Shown: positions 6,777 through 14,672, counted from the stretch's first letter. The stretch is 25,811 nt of DNA from a virus (IMGVR_UViG_3300025018_000494:1-25811), one strand, 5' to 3'. Notes: generated by a model from the sequence alone, not told the origin. Program-made: numbers and translations.

Positions 6777-8481
6777 CGCGCGTGGCTCGTTGCCCCGGCC
6801 TCCAGCTGGATCCCATTGCCCGAATGCCTGCCTCCGTCGGCAACGGTTTGGGCGCGGTTTTCAGTGCAGTGATCTTCGGCAGCCCGTCGCGTTTCGAGAC
6901 TACGCGAATGCGCAACGTCTCGGCCAGGTCGCCAGCCTGTCCGGCCTCGGCGGCCGTCAACGCGTCCCGTGGTGGCGGCAATACAGATCGCGCTCGCCAC
7001 CACTTCATGTACTCGAAATTCAGCCATTTTTGTTTGTGCTCGGGGCATAGCCACTCCGAGATTGGCCCTTGCGCGGTGTGGTACGTCACTCGCAACGTGC
7101 GCGGGATCGTCGTATCCGTCAAGTCCACGCCCTTCTTTACATGTTCTGCGTACGTCGTTCGCGTGACGTCCAGCTCGCATTCCACGACATCATCGGACAT
7201 AATGCCCCAATTCGTGGCAGACGTGTCGTGATGGATTTTCGGCGGTGGAAATTCATGCTCGCATTCCGGACACACCCGATAGCTCGCGTGGATCAGGCAC
7301 CGGCACTCCGGACACATCTTTGCTGGTGCCTCGCCATCGCCGCCGCCGTTGCCCTTCTTTGGAATGCGGAGATCGTCCACCGGCCCATGCCGAACCACGT
7401 TCAGCCCGTAGTCCAGGACCAGACAGTTTGCCTTGCCTTTGCATAGGCGGGTTCCACGCCCTACCATTTGGACATACAGGCCGACGCTCTGCGTACAGCA
7501 CAACAGCACCACACAATCTAGTCTGGGTGCATCAAAGCCGGTTGTGAGCACACCCACGTTGGCCAGAAATCGCAATGGCGATTGTGCCTGAAAAAGGTCC
7601 GTTGTTTCGCCGCGAAAACGGGCGATCAGTTCGGCGCGCTCGGATGCTGGCGTGTCCCCGGTCACTATGGCGACATCCTCGCCAGTCAGGGCCGACAAAC
7701 AAGCGGCAACGTGGCGCGCGTGTTTGACGCCCTGACAGAATACCAGCACGGCCCGGCGGTCTCGGGTCTTCTCGACTACCTCCTGGCAGGCCGCAGACAC
7801 GAGCGCATCCTCGTCCATGACGGCCTCGGCCTCGGACTGCACGAATTCGCCGCGCCGGGTATGCACCGCGTCGAGGTTGGGCTCGGCTGTCCCGGCCCGG
7901 CACGTGAGCGGCGACAGATACCCGTCGCGGATCATGTCGGCAATGTTTGCCTCGTAGCAGACCCCATTCAGGATATTGTCCTCGCCACATATTTCTCCTA
8001 CGCTCAGCCGGTAGGGCGTCGCAGTCAGCCCGATTACCCGGACACGCGGGTTCACGAGCAACGCGTCGGCCAGAAACTTGCGGTACATGCCTTCGTCGCC
8101 GGTCGGAATGCGGTGCGCTTCATCAACGATGATGAGCGCCACTTTGCCGATTTCCGGGGCTCGCATGTACACCGATTGGATGCCTGCGACGATGACATCG
8201 TTGGCAACATCTCGGGATTTCAGGCCAGCCGAATAAATGCCGACGTCGAGGGATGGACACAGACGGCGTATCTTGTCGGCGTTCTGCTCGAGCAACTCCT
8301 GCACGTGGGCCAGCACAATCACGCGGCTGTGCCAGCGTTGAACGGTGTCGGCGGCAATCTGCGCGATGACCAGGGACTTGCCGGTACCGGTCGGCAGGAC
8401 AATGCAGGGATTGCCGGTTTTCGTCCGCAGGTAGTCGTAGCATGCGGTGACAGCATCGTGCTGATACGGGCGCAGCTTCAT
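6757..8481 (-). CDS. Superfamily 2 DEAH helicase, RadD/YejH-like, with C-terminal zinc finger
   Basis: Q motif LRPYQ, Walker A PTGTGKS, DEAH, TATP, LTTGFD, QMVGRGTR, CPEC...CPEC. ATGA-coupled start at 8481. Confidence 0.92.
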   Translation of the reverse strand: MKLRPYQHDAVTACYDYLRTKTGNPCIVLPTGTGKSLVIAQIAADTVQRWHSRVIVLAHVQELLEQNADKIRRLCPSLDVGIYSAGLKSRDVANDVIVAGIQSVYMRAPEIGKVALIIVDEAHRIPTGDEGMYRKFLADALLVNPRVRVIGLTATPYRLSVGEICGEDNILNGVCYEANIADMIRDGYLSPLTCRAGTAEPNLDAVHTRRGEFVQSEAEAVMDEDALVSAACQEVVEKTRDRRAVLVFCQGVKHARHVAACLSALTGEDVAIVTGDTPASERAELIARFRGETTDLFQAQSPLRFLANVGVLTTGFDAPRLDCVVLLCCTQSVGLYVQMVGRGTRLCKGKANCLVLDYGLNVVRHGPVDDLRIPKKGNGGGDGEAPAKMCPECRCLIHASYRVCPECEHEFPPPKIHHDTSATNWGIMSDDVVECELDVTRTTYAEHVKKGVDLTDTTIPRTLRVTYHTAQGPISEWLCPEHKQKWLNFEYMKWWRARSVLPPPRDALTAAEAGQAGDLAETLRIRVVSKRDGLPKITALKTAPKPLPTEAGIRAMGSSWRPGQRATRDDDLQF

Positions 8482-9581
8482 GCTGCGAGCCCTCCCATCA
8501 TTGCGCGACACAATTGCGTCGCCGTGTTCACGGGAACCGCGTTGCCAATCTGGCGAACCACGTCCCCCTTGTTGCCGAAAAATGCGTAATCAGCCGGGAA
8601 GCCCATCGCGGCGGCCAGCTCGGACGGCTGAAGCATCCGAAAGCGGATGTCCAGGGCCATCGGCTGGACCAGCCCGAAGCGATCCCGAGTGGTCACCGTC
8701 GGCAGGGGAGTCCCGACCGTGTAGCAGCCACCCGCGCCGTAGTAGGAAATGATGAAGGGCTCGCAGAGGGCATAGCGCGGGTTCGTGTCAATCACCGGCA
8801 TCGGGGCATCCACGCTGTGAAAGAACTCGATGCCTCCGAATTTGCGCAGCCCGGCCATGATCCGTTCAAGCGTCTTGCGAGCCAGCGGCTTCGACCGCGT
8901 AAATATGCTCTGACTCTCAATGCCCCAGTCGATGATTTCGCGCGCCGGGCGCCACGGATCGCAGCCGAACAGTTCCGGCGTCTCGGTGTGCGTCTGCTCT
9001 GGCCAGCGTACTGCGCTACGGCCCTTGCTTGCACGGACAAACAGCCGCTTGCGCGTCGTGGGATCGCCATAGTCGGCCGCATTCAGCACACGAAAATCCA
9101 CCCGATAGCCCAGGCTCCGGAGTCCACGCCCCCAGGCGCGAAACGTTTCTCCCTGGCGTGACTTCAGCGGGCGACCGTTTGCGCCCAACGGCCCCCAGGT
9201 CATGAACTCGCGGACGTTCTCCACCAGGATTTCGCGCGGTTGCAGCGCCTCGGCCCAGCGCAGCACATGCCACGCGGTAGACCGGCTCTGATCGCTCATC
9301 GGCATCCCGCCGCGAGCGTTGCTGTGGTGCGTACACTCCGGCGAGGCCAGCAGCACGTCGAGCCCCTTCGGGAACAGCTTGCGCGGGTCAATGTTGTCGA
9401 GACTCTCGCAAAGATGACGGGCCTCGGGATGGTTGCTCGCATGCGTTTCGATGGCCTTGTCCCAGTGGTCCACGGCGACGAGCTCGGTCTTGCGCCCGGT
9501 CAGTGCGGCGGCCTGCATGGCCCCGGTAGAACTGCCACCAGCGCCACAGAACAGATCGGCGATGCGGATTGTGCTGTTCAT
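8478..9581 (-). CDS. DNA cytosine-5 methyltransferase (orphan, phage type)
   Basis: Motif I DLFCGAGG, catalytic SPEC, ENV, TRKRLF, motif X QIGNAVP. ATGA-coupled start at 9581 with GGAGG SD-like sequence. Confidence 0.93.
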   Translation of the reverse strand: MNSTIRIADLFCGAGGSSTGAMQAAALTGRKTELVAVDHWDKAIETHASNHPEARHLCESLDNIDPRKLFPKGLDVLLASPECTHHSNARGGMPMSDQSRSTAWHVLRWAEALQPREILVENVREFMTWGPLGANGRPLKSRQGETFRAWGRGLRSLGYRVDFRVLNAADYGDPTTRKRLFVRASKGRSAVRWPEQTHTETPELFGCDPWRPAREIIDWGIESQSIFTRSKPLARKTLERIMAGLRKFGGIEFFHSVDAPMPVIDTNPRYALCEPFIISYYGAGGCYTVGTPLPTVTTRDRFGLVQPMALDIRFRMLQPSELAAAMGFPADYAFFGNKGDVVRQIGNAVPVNTATQLCRAMMGGLAA

Positions 9582-9865
9582 GGCCTCACCCCCTCCAGCT
9601 GCGCTTCCAGTTCCCGCACGCGATTCTCGGCGGCGACACAGTTGTCGTGGTGGATCGCCTTCTCGCGCAGCGCGTCGTTCAGTTCGGCGCGTAGCCGGTC
9701 GCAGTGTGGGCATTCCGGCGGGGCGGCTGGCCTCGGCTCCGGCAGCGGACAGATGGTATCGAGCAGGCGGGGCCTGCATGCTTCGTGGTCCTTGTAGTGT
9801 CGGGCCATGATCGCGAGCAGTCCGATGCAGGCCGCGAGCGTGAGTAGTGCGTAGGCGATGATCAT
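9578..9865 (-). CDS. Small membrane-anchored protein with CxxC and coiled coil
   Basis: N-terminal hydrophobic helix, CPHC, heptad C-terminus; AAGGAGG SD; ATGA coupling at both ends. Confidence 0.7.
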   Translation of the reverse strand: MIIAYALLTLAACIGLLAIMARHYKDHEACRPRLLDTICPLPEPRPAAPPECPHCDRLRAELNDALREKAIHHDNCVAAENRVRELEAQLEGVRP

Positions 9866-10095
9866 TCGGTAGCCTCCTTGGTTGCGGCGATGATGTCGTT
9901 GAGCTGCGCCCGATACTCGGCGTTTAGTGCGTCGAGGATTGCCGCGACGTTACGGTCGCACTCTTCTGCGGTATGGCCGTAGACGGTGGCCACGGTGCGG
10001 TTGCACAACTGGGCTTTCATGTCGGTTGTCTTCACGCGGCATTGCCATTGGCCGCGCCTGTAGATGGTGTAACCCGCAACATATCCGTGCGTCAT
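9862..10095 (-). CDS. Hypothetical protein (77 aa)
   Basis: ATGA-coupled at both ends. Confidence 0.7.
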   Translation of the reverse strand: MTHGYVAGYTIYRRGQWQCRVKTTDMKAQLCNRTVATVYGHTAEECDRNVAAILDALNAEYRAQLNDIIAATKEATE

Positions 10096-10316
10096 TCGTC
10101 GCGCCCTTCCGTGATGTCAGCCACCGCCACGCCAAGGGCTTCGGCGACCGCGCGAAACGAGCGGAGTTGCTTCGGGTTCTTCGGTTCGCGTACTTGTCGC
10201 CGCATGGCGTACAGGGTGCGGGTGCTGATACCGGCACGCGCGGCGATCTCGTTGTGAGTCGCAAAATGCTTGCCGGGGCCTACGTGATCAGCCAGTACTT
10301 CGTCAATTTTCGTCAT
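10092..10316 (-). CDS. Cro/XRE-like helix-turn-helix regulator
   Basis: THNEIAARAGISTRTLYAM HTH and AVAEALGVAVADI C-terminal motif; AGGAG SD. Confidence 0.8.
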   Translation of the reverse strand: MTKIDEVLADHVGPGKHFATHNEIAARAGISTRTLYAMRRQVREPKNPKQLRSFRAVAEALGVAVADITEGRDE

Positions 10317-10779
10317 CGGGTCTCTCCTGTTTGTGGGTTATTTGCTTGTCTTCCAGGTTGTCAGCCCGGCGACGCAGCCATGCCGCTACCGTCCGGCGGG
10401 CCTCGGCGTGTCCCTCCGGCGTGTCGTAGCCGTTGAGGTAGGAGGCGTCGTCTGCGAAGATTTTTCCTAAGCCGAGGGCTACAGATACTTGCCGCACTTC
10501 GCCCGTCTGCATGTCCACGCGCAGACGAACTTGCTTCGGCGGCTCGTAGGCACGAATTGCTCCGACGGTGCAGCATGAATCCTGCCAGTCGTCGGGGTTG
10601 GGCGGCAAGTTGCCGAGGTGGGCTATGCGTTCGTGCCATATCCCGTCCAAAAGCGGGATAGGGTGGTGGATGAAGGCCTTGCCGTCCCGATCAGTCGTCA
10701 CGTGGCCGACATCGTTCGCGTCTTCCGGCAACGCCAACGACTTGTACGCAGCGAGCCATTTCGGGTCATTCGTCTTCAT
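10303..10779 (-). CDS. Hypothetical protein, paralog A of the block-mosaic pair
   Basis: Start MKTNDPKW with GAAAGGGA SD; three blocks nearly identical to 13879-14331. Confidence 0.8.
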   Translation of the reverse strand: MKTNDPKWLAAYKSLALPEDANDVGHVTTDRDGKAFIHHPIPLLDGIWHERIAHLGNLPPNPDDWQDSCCTVGAIRAYEPPKQVRLRVDMQTGEVRQVSVALGLGKIFADDASYLNGYDTPEGHAEARRTVAAWLRRRADNLEDKQITHKQERPDDEN

Positions 10780-10793
10780 TCGTGTTTCCCTTT

Positions 10794-10816
10794 CGAGCGC
10801 CGGGATCGGACCGGCG
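10794..10816 (-). repeat. 23-bp intergenic hairpin repeat H, copy 2
   Basis: Identical to 2288-2310. Confidence 0.85.
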
Positions 10817-10831
10817 CGGATTGGTTCGTGG

Positions 10832-11161
10832 TTATTTGTTGGCGGCGGCGTAGGCGGCACGGGCGGCGACGAAGGCAGGCTGACCGGCAAGAATGGTCCG
10901 AAAAATGCTCATGGCCCCTTTTGACTGAGCGTCAATCCACCACGCGGCGGCGGTCGTATCACGGGCCGCGATGTACTGATCACGGGCGTCTGCCATGGCG
11001 GCAATGATCGCGTCGGCGTCGGGGCGTCCGGCTACTTTTACGGACTGCGCAGCGATCATCTTGTCGATCTCGGACAGTGCGGCATCAAGGTTGCGGATGA
11101 TCTGCGGGCGGATGGCTGTGGCGTACTCGACCTGCTTGGTGCTGCCGTTGAGGTTCTGCAT
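10832..11161 (-). CDS. Hypothetical phage protein (GSxKQxxxAxxIR...WWID type), first gene after promoter P2
   Basis: Start MQNLNGSTKQVEYATAIR with GGAG SD; motif recognised from small phage early proteins. Confidence 0.75.
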   Translation of the reverse strand: MQNLNGSTKQVEYATAIRPQIIRNLDAALSEIDKMIAAQSVKVAGRPDADAIIAAMADARDQYIAARDTTAAAWWIDAQSKGAMSIFRTILAGQPAFVAARAAYAAANK

Positions 11162-11180
11162 TTTTCGTTCTCCGGTCTGC

Positions 11181-11290
11181 TGTTTTCGGCTTGGGCGTCG
11201 TGCCCTTGCTCTACATATACAATAGCCCAAAGACCGGAAAGTACAAGAGAGTTTCGGAAGATTATTTGATGATTCTCAAGCTTTTTTCGT
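11181..11290 (-). promoter_or_regulatory. Repeated early promoter/leader P2
   Basis: 108/110 identical to 2771-2880; TTGTAC-16-TATTGT plus ACGAC hairpin; directly follows a terminator. Confidence 0.75.
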
Positions 11291-11294
11291 GGGC

Positions 11295-11333
11295 AAAAGA
11301 TCGGGGGCGCTGGCGTGTCAACCAACGCCCCCG
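11295..11333 (-). terminator. Rho-independent terminator after the SSB gene
   Basis: Minus strand CGGGGGCGTTGG-8 nt-CCAGCGCCCCCG-ATCTTTT; 12-bp stem. Confidence 0.7.
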
Positions 11334-11338
11334 CGCGA

Positions 11339-11824
11339 TCAGAATGGGGCATCGTCGCCACGGGCGAACGGCGGCGGGTCAGGATTGCGTTGCATGGCAG
11401 GGCCAGGCTGCGCGACAGGCAAGGCGTTGGCCGGAGCCCAGGCCTTGATCTGGTTGCGAACCTTGCCGTCTGTCCCCGTTTTCAGCACGAGCGACAGCGT
11501 GAACGCCTTGCCGTACAGGGCGCGGGTGTCGCTCGGATACGGCAACCGGAATCCGGCTGCCTCGAAAATGGCCTTGAGTTCGGCAATCGCGATCCCTGCC
11601 GCCGTTGGGTTCGGGTGGTGAATATTCATGTTGTGCCAGATTTTGCGATTGACGTACGGGCCTGCCGTCACGCGAAATGTGGCCTCAAGATAGACGTGGT
11701 TTGCGGCGCTTTTCTTGTCGAGGTCGGACTCGTAAACGGCGGGATATTGCCCCTCCGGCAGTGGTAGGAATTCACCATCGTTCTGCTGAACTGCCTGGTT
11801 GTAGTCGATGTTGTCCAGTCTCAT
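11339..11824 (-). CDS. DUF669-like single-stranded DNA-binding protein
   Basis: PLPEGQY, YLEATFRVTAGPYVNRKIW, NQIK and acidic DDAPF tail; directly downstream of the Sak4-like gene, the usual pairing. Confidence 0.8.
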   Translation of the reverse strand: MRLDNIDYNQAVQQNDGEFLPLPEGQYPAVYESDLDKKSAANHVYLEATFRVTAGPYVNRKIWHNMNIHHPNPTAAGIAIAELKAIFEAAGFRLPYPSDTRALYGKAFTLSLVLKTGTDGKVRNQIKAWAPANALPVAQPGPAMQRNPDPPPFARGDDAPF

Positions 11825-12591
11825 TTTGCATCTCCGGTTTCGGGCGTTGCGGGTGCTGGTTTGGCGGAGGCCTGCGCACGTTGCGCGTCACGACCTGCCA
11901 CAATTGCGGCCTTGAGGTGTTCCCAGGACATCCCGCAGCTATTGATGCCGCTGTTCCCATAGCGGAATTTGGCGACGTGCGACGGGGATTCCCGCAGGAC
12001 CAGCATACGTTCGTTGCCCTGCTCCCTGGCACAGGCCACGATGTCGGCATATTCAATCATCGTCGCCAGGACGGACTTGGGCAGGTCGGGCATGGCCTTC
12101 TGCGTTTCGATGCCGTCGATGTCGCGATACGTTTCGTGTGTCGCGTGAGCGAGCATGATCACAGAAACTCCCCGCGCGGTGATTCGGTTGAGCAGCGGAA
12201 TCAGCTCACCATAAACGATGTTGAGCATGACATCCTTGCCGCTGCCCCATCCGCCGTGGGCCGTTCTCATGGTGTTCGTTGTGTTCTGCCGTGATCCCGT
12301 GACATGTTCCTCAATACGCCGGAACAGCCAATCGATGGTATCAATGCCGAGCAGCTTGTACTCGTGATCATCGGACGCCACAGCATTCAGGGCATCGCGG
12401 AATTGCGGCCATGTCTCAAGCCCTGCTATGCGCGGGATGCCTTCGATTGCGCCCGCGCCGTCTTCGGTGTCGAGGATCAATCCGTTTGCCATGGCGACAA
12501 ACGTAGATTTGCCGATGCCAGGCGGCCCGTAGAGCAGTACGCGCGGCGGCGCAATGCGCGTGTTTTTTCTCACCAGATCAGACAGTGCCAT
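11821..12591 (-). CDS. Sak4-like / AAA_24 ATPase (single-strand annealing recombinase)
   Basis: LLYGPPGIGKST, LDTEDG, IDTIDWL, GGWGSG, MLAH, AKFR. Confidence 0.82.
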   Translation of the reverse strand: MALSDLVRKNTRIAPPRVLLYGPPGIGKSTFVAMANGLILDTEDGAGAIEGIPRIAGLETWPQFRDALNAVASDDHEYKLLGIDTIDWLFRRIEEHVTGSRQNTTNTMRTAHGGWGSGKDVMLNIVYGELIPLLNRITARGVSVIMLAHATHETYRDIDGIETQKAMPDLPKSVLATMIEYADIVACAREQGNERMLVLRESPSHVAKFRYGNSGINSCGMSWEHLKAAIVAGRDAQRAQASAKPAPATPETGDAK

Positions 12592-12925
12592 CGTGGTTCT
12601 CTTTCGTGTGTGGCGTTTTCTCGATCCGCATGCCGATCACCGTCTGCCAGGCTGGCAGTGCGGACTCGGCTACGCGGCGCATGATCGTATGCCAGGCACA
12701 GCGGTTGTCTCGCTGATACTCGCGTACGCTCTGAGTCGTGTTGAGCAGTTGCAGGTGGTCCACCGTGACCGGACCGCCAGACGTGATCCATCGCCGCGCG
12801 GCTCGCTTGTCCACGGCATCGGCGACAAACATGGCCGCCGAAATGTAGCGATACGATTGCAGGTCGCCGTAGCGAGCCGTGGCCACGTCTTGCGCGAGTG
12901 CGTAGGTGAGGCGATCACTGCGCAT
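12578..12925 (-). CDS. Hypothetical protein
   Basis: Start MRSDRL with GGAGG SD; overlaps both neighbours. Confidence 0.65.
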   Translation of the reverse strand: MRSDRLTYALAQDVATARYGDLQSYRYISAAMFVADAVDKRAARRWITSGGPVTVDHLQLLNTTQSVREYQRDNRCAWHTIMRRVAESALPAWQTVIGMRIEKTPHTKENHDGTV

Positions 12926-13316
12926 GGTCGCCTCCGTCGCGATCCACGATCTCGATCTCGACGCGCGGATTATCGAGATCCACCACCATGAACACGGTTT
13001 CGCCATGCGTCAGGTGGTCGGACGAATCGTCTGCGATCAGACCAGCATCCACGAGCCCGTCATACGCGGCCTTCATGGACGATTCCGCATTGCGGATGTC
13101 CCGGCGGCGTTTGTCGGGCCAGTAGAACGTGAGCGTAGCCACGGCATGTTGCAATGGAAAACGACTGCCTTCAAATGCGGCCATTTGGCGCGCCTTGTAG
13201 TAGGCAACTCGCCTGTACAATCGAGTTGCTCTTGATTTGGCCATACGCCCGCCGATTGAACCGGTCTTGACGTTCGGCGAGAGGATGCGCGGCGGAAGCG
13301 GCAGTGTGACTTTCAT
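12915..13316 (-). CDS. rusA: RusA-like Holliday junction resolvase
   Basis: LPLPP..SPN, PDKRRRDIRN, KAAYDGLVDAGLIADDS and PRVEIEI motifs. Confidence 0.8.
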   Translation of the reverse strand: MKVTLPLPPRILSPNVKTGSIGGRMAKSRATRLYRRVAYYKARQMAAFEGSRFPLQHAVATLTFYWPDKRRRDIRNAESSMKAAYDGLVDAGLIADDSSDHLTHGETVFMVVDLDNPRVEIEIVDRDGGDHAQ

Positions 13317-13411
13317 GGTGATCCTTTCTTCGGAGGTTGCCGCCGGGATAACCCCGCCAAGGGAAATGATTCAACCCGCACTTGCGAGCCAATCGCCCCG
13401 GCGACACATCA

Positions 13412-13654
13412 CTATAGCCAGTCGCCTTGCGGGTGCAAGTCATTTGTGGAGCTATTTGCGTAGTCATTTCCGCGTGCGGCGATTTGCTCGTGGACGTCCT
13501 CAATGGCCGACTTCATGCGCGTGTAGTCGCCACTTGTTCGGTCGCCACATAGGACGCGAAACAGGCCGGTCTCGGCAGTGCGGATGATCAGCACGTCGTG
13601 CCCCATGTTCCGCAGTTCATCCAGCATTCTGGCGATTGAGAAATTGTCAACCAT
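13412..13654 (-). CDS. Hypothetical protein
   Basis: 80 aa from MVDNF; overlaps the upstream stop. Confidence 0.6.
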   Translation of the reverse strand: MVDNFSIARMLDELRNMGHDVLIIRTAETGLFRVLCGDRTSGDYTRMKSAIEDVHEQIAARGNDYANSSTNDLHPQGDWL

Positions 13655-13886
13655 CGCTGACCCCCACATGATTGTCGGACATTTCCCTCAAATTCTCGGC
13701 CAGCGATTCGAGACAGTCGGCGGCGGCGAGAAGGGCGGCAGCCTTGTCCACATTGCCATCGGGCGTGGCCGTGCTTTCAATGCACAAAAGATCATCATCC
13801 AGAAAGTGCGGCGCTTGAATGCCACACCCTGCCAACCACGTCCGACCGTCAAACACATTCACATGCACCCGTATTTTCTCAATCAT
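13647..13886 (-). CDS. Hypothetical protein
   Basis: 79 aa from MIEKIR, GGAG SD; overlaps the paralog B stop. Confidence 0.65.
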   Translation of the reverse strand: MIEKIRVHVNVFDGRTWLAGCGIQAPHFLDDDLLCIESTATPDGNVDKAAALLAAADCLESLAENLREMSDNHVGVSDG

Positions 13887-14331
13887 CGCTGTTCTCCAGT
13901 TTGTTTGCACGTTCGCGCAGCCACGCGGCTACCGTCCGGCGGGCTTCGGCGTGCCCTTCCGGCGTGTCGTGCCCGTCGAGGTAGCTGTAGTAGATACCTA
14001 CAACCAGTTTATCGCGGGGGTCATCGCTGTAGCTGCTGTGGTACCTCACCTCGCCCGTCTGCATGTCCACGCGCAGACGAACTTGCTTTGGCGGCTCGTA
14101 GGCACGGATCGCGCCCACGGTGCAAAGCGAGCCCTCCCAGTCTGACGACGGCGTGACGTCGCCTGTCTGGCAGAGGCCCTGCCGCCAGTAACCACCAACC
14201 ACAGACAGGGCGACGGGGTAAAGGTATACACGTCCATCCCTATCGGCCGCCACATGGTCGGCATCGTTCGCGTCTTCCGGCAACGCCAGCGACTTGTATG
14301 CCGCCAGCCAATTGGGGTCATTGATCGTCAT
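13879..14331 (-). CDS. Hypothetical protein, paralog B of the block-mosaic pair; first gene after promoter P3
   Basis: Same 19-nt SD/start block as paralog A; three near-identical coding blocks. Confidence 0.8.
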   Translation of the reverse strand: MTINDPNWLAAYKSLALPEDANDADHVAADRDGRVYLYPVALSVVGGYWRQGLCQTGDVTPSSDWEGSLCTVGAIRAYEPPKQVRLRVDMQTGEVRYHSSYSDDPRDKLVVGIYYSYLDGHDTPEGHAEARRTVAAWLRERANKLENSDD

Positions 14332-14354
14332 TCGTGTTTCCCTTTCTGTTTGGT

Positions 14355-14429
14355 GGCTTGGCCGTCGTGGCCTCGCCTACCCATACCATAGCCCACGCAC
14401 CGGAAGAGACAAGAGCATTTCGGAAGATT
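14355..14429 (-). promoter_or_regulatory. Diverged third copy of the early promoter/leader (P3)
   Basis: About 61/76 identical to P2 by manual alignment; TTGTCT-16-TATGGT; GGCC-ACGAC-GGCC hairpin. Confidence 0.7.
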
Positions 14430-14430
14430 T

Positions 14431-14483
14431 CAGTAGTCAAGCATTCCTTGACTACTGCCCAACTGTCAAGGAATCCTTGACAG
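14431..14483. promoter_or_regulatory. Two tandem palindromes GTCAAG-N5-CTTGAC; candidate operators
   Basis: CAGTAGTCAAG-cattc-CTTGACTACTG (14431-14457) and CTGTCAAGGA-a-TCCTTGACAG (14463-14483), immediately upstream of P3. Confidence 0.55.
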
Positions 14484-14669
14484 CTGAAGCGCCCTCTTCC
14501 GTGCCCGATCAGCATCCAGTTCGGTAAGCGCGGCCTCCCCTGCCAGCGAGATTGGGAACGGCATCTTGCCAGCAGCTATGCGAGCGCGGTTCTCGCGGCG
14601 GAGTATCGCCGCATGCCTGGCCAAACGCCAGCGCCGGGCTGCCTCAATCATATCTGGTGTCACGTTCAT
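14466..14669 (-). CDS. Small basic hypothetical protein
   Basis: 67 aa, starts 3 nt after the upstream stop. Confidence 0.55.
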   Translation of the reverse strand: MNVTPDMIEAARRWRLARHAAILRRENRARIAAGKMPFPISLAGEAALTELDADRARKRALQLSRIP

Positions 14670-14672
14670 GGA

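Noticed and set aside
2771-11290. P1/P2 as attL/attR of an integrated element
   Set aside because: No integrase, the repeats have promoter features, a third diverged copy exists, and the enclosed genes are core phage replication genes co-oriented with the rest.
11316-11321. TTGACA -35 box in the terminator loop
   Set aside because: No credible -10 hexamer at 16-18 nt spacing.
13330-13410. tRNA gene
   Set aside because: No T-loop (TTCG/A) or D-loop consensus and the arm layout is not a cloverleaf.
10303-14331. Diversity-generating retroelement TR/VR pair
   Set aside because: Mismatches in the shared blocks go in both directions and are mostly synonymous rather than adenine-specific; both copies are intact genes; no reverse transcriptase in the window.
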